Under the pieces are notes generated by a model, which saw only the letters and a program-made list of their open reading frames with translations, made no database searches and was not told the origin of the DNA. Positions 40,601 through 52,600 of a stretch of 64,000 bases of DNA are shown piece after piece. Made by a program: the position numbers and the translations under genes. How positions within the stretch are numbered: position 1 is the first letter of the stretch; each line of letters opens with the position of its first letter. This DNA comes from Asterias rubens (lineage: Eukaryota), in contig NC_047081.1 of assembly GCF_902459465.1 (NCBI RefSeq), forward strand, positions 1,240,001 through 1,304,000, in the 5' to 3' direction.

Positions 40601-43600
40601 AACATGGAACATCAAAAACAAATACGAGATGAAAGAGTTTAACAGCGAATTGGTCATTTTGGACAAATTTATAATTATCCAAATACAATAATGGGTTTAC
40701 CTGTTTATGTTTGTTGTTTTGTCATTTTAGCCTTGAAGATGTCTCTGCTAGGGTCGACACCTCAGGCCACTTCCTATGTTTTGTAACCCTTTCCCCTTGC
40801 TTTTATTACGAAATATATTACTACCCGTCTTTTTTTTTTTACTTACAGATTTTTTGTTCTCATTTCAATTTCAAAGTTTTTTTTAAATGAAGATACAAAG
40901 TGGATGATGAAGTAAAATAAAAAGAAACGTAAAGGTAGGCCCTACATGCCTATTGTCGACTTAAAACTTGGCATATTGTGTACCACTTAGTCCCCTAACT
41001 TTGTCATAGTTTAGAAGTGCAATTCTCAGTACCTCATTCAACCAATCATTTTGAGTATTACAAAATGGATTTAAAACCCAAATGCAAACACAGACCTCCT
41101 TTTCTCTCTACAGAACGACCCATGAACTAAAGAGAACTAACAGGTTCCAGGGCTGTATGCTTCGTTTTTGAAAGAGCAAGGGCACCAAGGCATTTTCTCT
41201 TTGGCAAAGGGCACCCTATGAGGAAATTGTAAATTCCTACTGGAGCATTTCAAGGGCACCAAGGCAATGGCAAAGGGCAACGGAGGCAATCGCCTTCGTT
41301 GCCTCCGTGAAGTATCAGGCCTGAGGTTCAATGAAATGAGTTCTAAAGACTCTTTGTCAACAAGAAGAAAGTACTTGTCCCGGCCGATTTCCTACCCCCT
41401 GCCCAGGTTACAGTCAAGCAGGACAGTTCTGTTCAGACATAAGAAGTCTCCTAAATTCAAAAATCAACTCTAGTACAACAGAAAGCAAGACCTAGTTCCC
41501 AAAGAACAAACTCTACATAGCAAAGTAGGTATACACAGGGTGTTATCGCAAACTGAATTGATACCTCACCATGCAATGTCTCAAAACCTATATATATCAA
41601 AAAGCATGTACAGAACACCCACCAATCTATTGTGTGAACCCTATGTCAACAACGACAGTAAACTTTGGCTGTTATTTAATTGCACGATGGCTAAACGCCC
41701 AGCAGAAAATATTGACACTTGAGAACCACTCCCTTGTTCATATGGTCTATTTAAGTGGGCAATAAAGCCCTTTTCACACAAAAGCTAAAAAGCTGGTATT
41801 CCTGGCTAAATTTTGTCATGCTTGTGAACTTTTACAATGTGTTAACATACATGTGTATTTGAAGGATTCTGAATGTGGTAAAAACAACCAGGTTTTTATG
41901 CCCAACAATTTGAAATTGACAATCGTTATTGACAGTAACATTTCTCAGATTGCGTATTCCTATGGACCATTCTTCCTGCGTGCAACTTTCACATGTCAGT
42001 TTAATTGTATACATAAATAGGACAAAGAAACGAATGGTTCCAAAAACCAAAGGTTTGCTCTGCCTTGAAGCATCCCTACAAAATTCTCCTCTTCTGAATT
42101 AATCATCCCACGATGGCGCTTCCTGTTTTCCCATCTCTGTATCTAACGCCACCCCCCCCCCTCCCCCACAAGGATCCACAGATGATGCCAAGAAATACTT
42201 CACGCAACATCAACTACAATTAAGCTAACAATCCGAACAACGTCAGTAAAAGAGATCTTCTAATTACAACCCAATTTCACCTGCCTTAGTGATTCCAGTA
42301 ATGTAGCTTTGTCAAGAAGAACGCGTCCTGCATAATTTAGTCAAAACTGACGACCGTCGACCATGATACTTATTCAATGTCTCAGACTTGATTATAAGGT
42401 CTCTTGGGATTTAGGCAAAGGGCGGGCCTAGATAAAACAGTAGGGCCTTCAAGATTCTTTGAAAGGCAATTTCTTTTCTCTCACAATAAGAATCGGGAGG
42501 CAGGATTCATGAAGACATGTATCTGTCACTGAGGCCTAGCTTTACTTGGAGCAAAACTCAATGTGACTCTTTAAAGGAGAGGTATAATAATCACTCTTAA
42601 AAATTTATCCCAAAACGAAACTTGCTTGATAACAAGTACAGCAGCTCTCAATTGTATAAAGCATTTAGAGTATCATTTCACTTCGAAGTAATGTGGTTTA
42701 ATGGAAAAATGTACCAGTTTTTATCTCCCAAAACTTGAATCTGAGAAACCTTCCTGACAGCTGCACAGTAATTGTGTCTTCCAAATGTGTCTTCCTGCTT
42801 GGACACTTTTTTTGCGATATCTCAAAAACGCTACCACCCTTTGAAACAAGAATTTCACCGGTTACCTTTATGGCAGGTCTCAAATTAACCCACTGCACCA
42901 ACAGCAATTGCCGTGGTGCCCCGTGCTTTTGCTATGGTGCCCTATGCTTTTCCTGTGGTGCCTTATGTTTTTCCTGTGCTTTTTTGTAGGCTTACATAGG
43001 ATTAAAAAAAAACAGTGGGTTCCAATCACCAAACGTCTACAATCCCTTTAAAGATTATTTTAATAACGTGTGGAGACTGAGGTATTGGCGAGCATTAAGT
43101 TGACATTTCAGGGTTTGGATGTTTGGCTGTTGAGACACCCCACTGTGAGGATAACATCTTGACATTTCAAGATGATGACGACGATCGGTTTCGCTGACTG
43201 AGATGCGAGCAGATGGTGGAGAGGCAGAGTCGGGCCGCTTTCCCTCGGAGCCTTTGCCTTAAGGGAACCCCTTTGGGAAACGGACCATCTTGTGTGTAGG
43301 TGTCTTTAAGACGGAGGGGATGTTTACAGAAGGGGGCCTGAGAGAAGAGAAGGGGGCCTGAGAGGAATTTAGGAAGGACTTGAAATAACCAACAGCACCC
43401 ATAGCAATTGCCGTGGTGCCCTGTGCTTCTACAGTGGTGCCCTGTGCAATGTTCCTGTACAAATTCCAGTTTTCCTCACAGGCCTCAAAATAACCCACGG
43501 CACCCACAGCGATTACCACGGTGCCCTGTGCCTTTGAGTCGTGCCCTGTGCATCATTCATTATCAAAAAAGTTTAAACATGTTTTGGGTATCCTACTTTT

Positions 43601-46600
43601 TATTTCAATTTATGGAAACTGTACTCCATTCTTACATTCATGAAGACAGCATTGTTGAATGTATGAATTAACTGATGTGGGACAGTCTGATAATCGCTCA
43701 CTTTAGTCTTGTTTCATGTCAGTAGTTGCACTTTTTGTTTTGAATACCATCCAAAAAGGCCACCAGTGCCTTGACAAAAGGCTACCACCCAGTCAGTTTA
43801 TCCAACCAGACTCTGATCAGATTGCAATAAAATACAAGGAGACACTTTTAGAAACCACAACATGGCCAGGGGGGGATTAAGGTGGTGACCTCAACCGAGG
43901 TCGAGCTATGTTGAGTTGCTGACAACAAAACAAAAGTTTGTTGTTTTGACTAGCAAGTACATACATTCTCACAGGTACCGAGTTCAAAAGGCATGTTGGA
44001 GATCAGAAACATTTTTTTTATCACACTCCCAAGATAAAGAGCTGGCGCAGATATTTCAACGCATTCAAATTTAACTACCTTGTGGATAGTGTTTCAGGCC
44101 TCTGGGCCCAATTTTATAGAGCCGCTTAACGGCTGATTTAGTGCTTACTGAGCACGTTTACATTTCATAGCGCTGCTAACCGTAAGCACATAAAAAGGCT
44201 TTATAACCTTCTGGTGCTTACTGTATGTAAATGAATGACAATTTGGTTTGATTTGAACCGGTTTGTTTACAATTAAAAATGTATTCGCAGCCGAATTTAA
44301 AAATTTGTACACATTGCAAATCAATGGTGAATGAGCATGCAGGCCACCTAATTTTCTTACCAACCTATGAAATACAGGCGGTTTGAATCCTACAAGCAGC
44401 TTGTGTACAACAATTTTATAGATGGGATTCGCCTGTGGATTTTTTGCCTAGAAACCGGTGTAAGGGTATAACAAACTATATTCTTTTTCCCGATGCAAAA
44501 CTAACAACTATTGAATTGTTACTTTTCTTGTTTCCTCAGCCAAGCAATACACCATACAGAACCAGAGCGACACTATACTATTTCTATTAATACTTCCTCG
44601 ATTGTTTCCTGTATAGTATGTCAAACAATATCTAGAAATTCCGCTGATTAACTACGTGCAGGCTCTCAGAACAAAAGCATTACCACACTGTAGATGACCT
44701 TAGAGCAATGGATGACAAAAACATCTTGAAACCAAACTCTAGTGATACGCTATAGTTTAGACTACTCTTTGCTTTATCAGAACCAATGTCAAAACAACCC
44801 CCTTCAAAGAACAAAAAGAAAAGTAAGTGAGAAAACAACATTTCTAAAATGCAGTACCATGAGTCATGTACTGCCCATAGAAACCAATCTGTGAGACTGA
44901 GTGAGAATCGTGACTAGTGGAAAGTGGGCAGATTTGGGGGCGTCAATTTACAAATTCATCCCAAAGAAAGAATGCACCACCACAAAACTAGCCCTAGGCC
45001 TGAAAATCCATCTTTAAAGCCATTGGACACTTTTGGTAAACAGTATTGTCCAAGACCCACACTTCGTGTATCACAACTACTATATAAAATAACAAACCTG
45101 TGAAAATTTAGGCTCAATCGGTCATCTGAGTCGGGAGAAAATAACGGGAAAACCCACCCTGGTTTCTGCACGTTTCGCCATGTCATGACATGTGTTTAAA
45201 ATAAATCCGTAATTCTCGATATCGAGAATTGATATTGTTTAAATGTTTTCTCAAAAAGTAAAGCATTTCATGGAATAATATTTCAAGAGAAGTCTTTCAC
45301 CACTACCTTCTGTAACCCTGTAAGTTATTTGTAAATCTGTGAACTTTTTTTTTTTTTCCTGTACCGAAAGGGTCCAATGGCTTTAAAGGTTTTTTCATTT
45401 TGCAAAGGGCACTTACATTTGAAAATCTTTAAGTCCATGGGAAACTTTGAAGGGGCACCGAGGCCAAGACCAGGGGCAACAGAGGCCAAGGCCTCCGTTT
45501 AATTCCAGGCCTGAGGTATATCCCTTCAATCGCACCATAAGCAGAAAGAAACATAATAGAACAAATCTTGGCAGTGCCAACTTTATACTTTACATTTGTA
45601 CCAAGTGATTACTAATGGGTGAATTAATTTTCTGATAGCAAGTTCAAACCATGGCTGGTGTAATAGGACTACCAATGTTGACTGTGACTGCTCTATTTTC
45701 TGACAGCCCTACATGTATGTTGAAATAACCCTATATTCTGAAGAAGAAAAAAATTGTGATTTACATGTCTGGGTTAAAGGAACTTAAGCTTGGGGTTAGA
45801 GTATGGGTGTCAGAACATAGGGGTGTAACTGGCCCAACACTAAACCTACTGGCTTTGGTTCTGTGTAAAAATTAAAGCCCAGCTGGTTTTTTTTAAAGAC
45901 TACTTGACTTTTAAGTGGCAATTTGCGCCACAACATGTACATTATCACCTGCACTCACCTTCCAGGAATTACCCTGATATTTTCAGGGTCACTCCTTTAA
46001 GCAAACAAGATAAGTAAACAATATGACATAGAAAGAGCTGCCAACTTGTGCATTTTGCAATCAGAGAGATTTTGTAGAACAATCAGAGATAAATTTTGAG
46101 TTACATTCAACTTAAATAGGGACAAAGTTTCCATAATCAAAGAGATTTTCCAAATTGTTCATCAGCGCAGGGGAAGGTTGGTTCATTTTTAGGGAACTTT
46201 CCGCAGAATCAAGGAGAATTGGCAGCTCCAGCTGGACACACATTTTAGTAGTTTGGCCAAAGGATGCTGAAATGAAACAAGGTCTTCGGAATGCTTTCTA
46301 TTGGTTTTCAATGCCTTTATGTGAAAGGAGCATTATAATTGATTTGATATTGACGATTTTTGTGAAATTAGTCTTTATTATTATTCATTTGCATATCAGC
46401 TGAAATGTTTGCGTATCTGCTTGCAGTTTGCGCGTATTGCTGATACCCAAGCTTGTGTATCGTAGGGAGAACCTTGCTCCTTATCGCGATCAAACAACAC
46501 ACACCACTTTGAACAGAAACTGCAACTTCTTAACTCCTGCCTGGAGTGGAAAGCATGTGTCATGAATCAGGAATTTAGAGGGGGCTGAGAGTGTCAGGAT

Positions 46601-49600
46601 AATTCCTGCAATCTAGGAGACGAGAGTAGCCATGGACCAGTAAAGCTCCCTATGATCCATCCAATAAACCTTAACCCCCTAAGGTATTATAATGGATTTT
46701 TCAGCAACCTGGAATGTTTACATGTGATAATTTTGCTGGTTAGGGTGCAACCTTGGTACTCTATTTTGTAAGTGAAAATAAACACAGCTGAATTAAAGGG
46801 AAGGTATGTTTGGTAATCACTCCTAAAATTATTGGCAATAACACTATTGGTATAGAAGCCACAGCATCTTTCGAAAGTACAAAGATGTCATTTGTTATGC
46901 CCCCATATTTGATTCTGGGAAGCGTTAGTGCGTGTGGGATATTTCCCCCAGATTGTGTATTCCTAGTAATTATTCTTCCTGCACATAGGCCTACATGCTA
47001 TTATTTGCAGATTTTCGGCAAAATATCTTAAAAACCCGCCATCTTTTGAACTGAAATTTTCACAAGTTATACAGTTATATAGGATTAAAACAATCGAATA
47101 TCATCAAAAATAGAGCAATTGTCGAGGTGACATTGTCGTATCTCTATGGTCGAATACACTTTAATAAAATCCGAGTGCATTCCTAAAAATAGTTCAACAC
47201 CTACACGTACATATTCCCTTTTCATCTATTTTCATCTGAACTATTTGTATTGAAACAAAATCACACCCTTTTAAATCTTTTTCCTGGACAACTGTCACCA
47301 TTACTATAACGGGCTATACACATGCTCACAGCTGCATAAATAAGCAACGTGATAAATATGCAGAGAGCAGTCGTGTGTATGACAATTTATACAGTAGGGA
47401 GGTGGCTGCAGGTTCAAACATGGCTGGCGATACACATTGCACACCAGGCTGGCGATACAACATTGCACACCCAAACTGGCGTGGGTTTTCTTCACAGCAC
47501 CGGACAGATTTTATTTCTTGTATAAACGCTTCAACCATGGCTTTATGTTGTACCATTTTATATACATGTATAGATGTCACTTTGTACTATACAAGCATGA
47601 ATAGCTATAAAATTAATACATTTGCATGTTAGGAGCAAAACACCTTCTCTTGGGGGAGACAAGTATTTATTTTACAAGACCAAGGTCGTGGGTTCGAATT
47701 CCACCCGAGTAATATGCCTGTAATTTTTTTCACAGAACTCGGGAAAGTACTGAGTGTACAATACTAACACACATCGGTACATATTGGTAAGACAAAAATG
47801 AACATTTCTTATCCCGATACAAATATTACATCTAAACTTTCTACTCAGTTTAATGTTTAAAATTTTAAATTGTCGACCAGGTTTTTCAATTTCGAGCCCT
47901 GATGGCGTGTTTGGGGGGCTTCTTTTCCCAGTATTTACATAGCATTATACCTTGATATCATCTCCTTCAAGCAAACATATATGTACAACTCAATAATCGG
48001 AGGCCACATCAATCTACTAACTCTTTACAAAAACAACTTTATCCAACCACACGACAAGAGAAAACCAGACATGAGCTGTCTCTTCAGAACTCGTCGTTGA
48101 TTCTTGAACAAACAGAAACACTTTGCAAAAAGGATGTTTCCAGAAAACAAGCTATTAACAAACAACAGGCCTTGAGGATAGCTTTCAAGTCTCTAGAAAC
48201 TCGGACAGGAGAGACCGGTCAACCTTATTGTTTGGGACAACTTTATTCAATGCTTGGTGAATCACTGGTCCCTGTTTGGTCAACAGGTTCTGGAAGGCCA
48301 TGGGATTAACTTAACAGCTTGAAGAATAGTCTCTTGGATTGGAGTTTCTTCGTATCCTTCATAAATACATGTACATTGTATATCCAAGGTATTATTGGAG
48401 CTCTGAAGGCAAGGCAGTAGACTCTGATACTAAAAAAGCACCTTTGGTTTATGTCTTGATACAAAGTGCACAATTTGTTTTCACTCCAGTTAATTTTCAA
48501 GCAATTCATGCATGATAATTGGCCATCAGAAAAAAGGTGGGCGAATTTTATATACGTACAAGCCTAGGGATGGTCTATAATGTAAACACTGTAATGGCTT
48601 TTATAGCATTTGATTATAATAACTGGTTCTTATAGCCAATTTTACAATGACGATTGAATGCTCTTCAGTGCATTGGTCATTTGGCCACCAATATTTTAAC
48701 TTTTAATCATTCTGAACTTCCTGAAAAGTATACATCCCTGGGCTGCCATGGCTCTCTGAAAACTTTTACTTTCCATTTATGGGTGAGGAGAAGCAATTAC
48801 AGTAAAGCATCTTGCTCAACAAGGACACAAGTGTCATGAACGGGATTCGAACCCACACCCCGATGACTTAACCAGCAGAAATTGATGCTCTAAACCGCCT
48901 GGCCATGACACCCGATCAGATCTTGGACCTCTTTCTCTCTATCACCCTCATTCTCCTTCTGCCATCTCCACCAGCTTACTCTAGTTTTCCAGCCTCACCT
49001 CGACTTAACCATCTTGCACTAATCTTCCTTAACTCATCTTTAATGGATAGCCCGACTCCCTCTCTGTGGGTCTCGACTGTCCTCCTAGGAGCAGAATCCA
49101 AAGAGCAGACGTGACTCATTAATGTATAAGATGCTCTCAAGGTTATTTTGCTCATCCTTTCTCTGCCTAGCCTCGGAAAACGCCCCACGTTATAAACGTA
49201 CGCCTCACTCAGAATGTCAATATCTAATTCATCACCCAACCACAGAGCCTACTAGCTCGCTGAGTAATACAAGAGTCTGAAAACATGAATTCCACAATGC
49301 CGTTGCTCAAAAGGGCATTTTTGTATGAAAACAAAATGAGGAATTTCCAACGGAGTAAATTTGATCTGATTTAAGAGGGAACTCACTAGGGCATCAATTT
49401 CTCAATTCTCGGTCTGCGCTGCAATGTACCTGTAACAGAATACTTGTCACTGAAAATTCTCAGATTGTGTATTCCTAGTAGGGGTTATTCTTCAGATTGT
49501 GTATTCCTAGTAGGGGTTATTCTTCAGATTGTTGGTGATATCTCAAACACGCTACTACCATTTACTTTTATTGTACATTCTACATTACATACGAATGGTT

Positions 49601-52600
49601 CCAAAAACCAAAGGTACATGTGCATGTATACCAGGCTTCAAAATAACTCTCGGCACTGACAGCAATAGACCCATCCAGTAGGCTCCGCCCACGACGCATG
49701 TGTGAGCAAGAACACGTGGGGCTCTCCAATACCTTTCTACACAACTCTGCTGCGCACGCCAAGATATGCGCACGCATGTCGGACCTTATTTGTCGGACCT
49801 TCGTTGCGATGTGATTGGTCAATACGCAATGGGGCGGAGCTTAGTGGATCGGTCTATTGTCGAAGTGCCCTGTGCTTTTGCTGTGGTGCCCTTTGCAAGG
49901 TTCCTGTACCTTTTCCTAATAGGTACGAGGTGCCCCTTACCAGAGGGAAATTATTGTGCCCCATCAAGAGTGAAGTTCAAGGCCTGGAATATATTCCCTT
50001 TAAGTTTTTTGATAAATTGTGGAAATCTGAACCGCGCTTGGTTCACAAGTCGTCGTGTGCCCGGCAAAAGGGCGTAAGGCCTTACGCCCTTTTGCCGGGA
50101 ACATAAAGTAGTTCGTCCCAGTAACAAAAGGACGTAAGCAACAAAATGGCTCCTGACATGAAAAATATGTCATTTTTGTTTGTTCTTTTGCTAGAATTAC
50201 CCTGAAGACATGTTTCCCCATTCCCCATGCAGAATTTAACCTTTCTAGAATGACTTTTGCATGGCAACAAATTTACCAAACTTTCCCGCTCATAATTCTT
50301 GAAACACAAATTTTAACATAAATTGCTTACGTCCTTCTGCCGGGAACTTTCCCTTACGTCCTTTTGCCGGGCACACGACGAAGTATACTCCTCAAGTTGA
50401 TGTTCCATACACATTAAGAAATTCTCATCTCTAAATTGACTACTACCATATTACATCTAAGCTGACAGATGCTGGAGTAATTTTGACGATGCTTTCGGCG
50501 CCAGAAAATTTGTGAAGCATCTGTCACCCCCAAAAAGGTTTCTTAATTTGAAGATTTATGACTAATTGGGGAGATTTCTTTCGAACTGTTTCTTGGGTTT
50601 TTTCGTCGAAGAAAACATTGTCATAACTTGTGAAAAAGCAAACAAATTTGACAAATTTCAAAGAGTCTGTTTAATCTTGTTTTTGTAATAATTTGTATTT
50701 TATTTACTATTATTTGTGATGATTTCAGTTTCATATTTCTGTGTAGAGTTTTGAAAGCTAGATGATTGAAATGAATATTATCTGTAGTCCATGTTTACAG
50801 TTGTAACTAAAAACGGTTTTGGCTGAATTGGCCTTCCACTAATTACTGGCCAGTTTGATTACTGCCACCGAAACGTACCTCTTTGTAAGCAAATGATGTA
50901 GATAAACAAATCTTTTGTGAGGCATAGGTAAATTAACTCCCTGAAAAATTATGCAAGTTTGCCCCAAACAAGGCTAAAAGCCATTCTTATTAATCGGCTA
51001 CAAAAACAAAACATTTAAGATGAAAAAAACAAAACATTTAAGATGAAAAAAACAAAACATTTAAGATGAAAAAAACTCAGGGATGCTGAAGGTAGGAATT
51101 GAAATTCCTCTTAAAACAGTCTAGATTATGGGATGGAGGGAAACATGCACCAAGCAAGGAGTTCCAAGTGATTTGAACGAATAATCAACTCTTTTTCAAA
51201 TCTTCCCTTTAACAAGTGGCTGAAATCTCCTCCGAAGCAATTTTGCCGATAACCATTTCTCCCTTGATCAAAAAATCAATCTAAAAACAGAACAACATTT
51301 AAAAACAGTTGGCTCCACCAGACATGTGGAACTCACTAAAGAGAGTCGAGCCGCTACAGCATGAAATTTTCATTACAAGACACAACCGGTCCAATGGTCC
51401 ATGCATCGATGAAATTAACTCCCTATGATTGAAGTAAAAAACAAAGCGATACACGTCCATTATTCATGGGTATTATATTTCCATAAAATTCATCAAGGAA
51501 GATATTTGAGGACGGGGCAGGAAGATAGAGCTCAGCAGAGCCTTGTCGGTTCTTATTTCATAATCAAGATATTTGTTCAAGCTAGCTCTCACACATGTCT
51601 TGCCATGGAGGTAGAATTCTTGCATACTTTTTATTTTTTAAGCCGACCAACCCGAATAAAATTCATGCAATAACTCTTCCAGTCCAATTCTGCACCTTTG
51701 ACATGTGGACTATACATGTACATTATGCATTTAAAGGAAAAGTATACATTTGGTTATTTTAACCATTTGAATATTTCAATCCTACACAAAACGTAGATTT
51801 ATACAATAAAACTAACATGGGAAAATATCTCAAGACAAGAGCACTTTTGAGATATTGCCGAAAGTCCAGAGCAAATAATGTCCATGATGCAAAAAGTACA
51901 ATCCCTAATAGTTACACAAACTATGAAATGCAATCGAGACAGAATCTCTTTGGGTCGAAACATCAGGCCATTAACTATGTTTTGCAATGACACCATATGT
52001 CCTTTTTGGTTTGAGAGCAATTTTGCGACAGCTAATATTCTACTTTGCTCATTCAGTTCATTTTGAAACATCTGTGAATGCATTAGAGTAGAACGCGGTT
52101 GTTCTTGTTGTTGTCATGGCACATGCTTTGCTTTGGATAAAACTATTCTTTTTTGCACCTGTTCCTCAAAACAAATTCCTTTGTCACTACCAACATCCAA
52201 TTATGGGCTTAATTGTATTTCAAATTTGACGCTTTAGGTGATACAGTGGCAAGCACTGCTTTTAAAGTGTTTGTTGAAATCGGTTTGAGCTGATAAACTT
52301 CCGTGTTTGTTCAGGTTTCAAACAACACCGATTCACCGATCATGTCACATGCGCATGAACCGCTATCATGGTCATGTTCCACCTACGCAGTAACATTACG
52401 CATACCTATGTTTAGCGCGCACCAACAGCACCAGACTATCCAGCAGGTCAGTATCATTTCAGTTACGCCGGGTTCATACTTTGATAACATCGCGTATGTG
52501 TACTTTATTATTTGCAATCAAACTTGCTTACGTGTGAGGTATGAAATGGGCTTTAGAACATTCCAGATGGGAAAACACAAAAAAGTCTACGCCAGTTTTG

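Noticed and set aside
43080-43380. GC-rich block with open frames
   Set aside because: No splice-site pair compatible with the ankyrin frame and no domain similarity.
48912-49250. ORFs that look like a retroelement fragment
   Set aside because: No recognisable RT, RNase H or integrase motif; cannot be assigned without a search.
49461-51075. Short tandem repeats as a CRISPR-like array
   Set aside because: No spacers between units, eukaryotic context, no cas genes.
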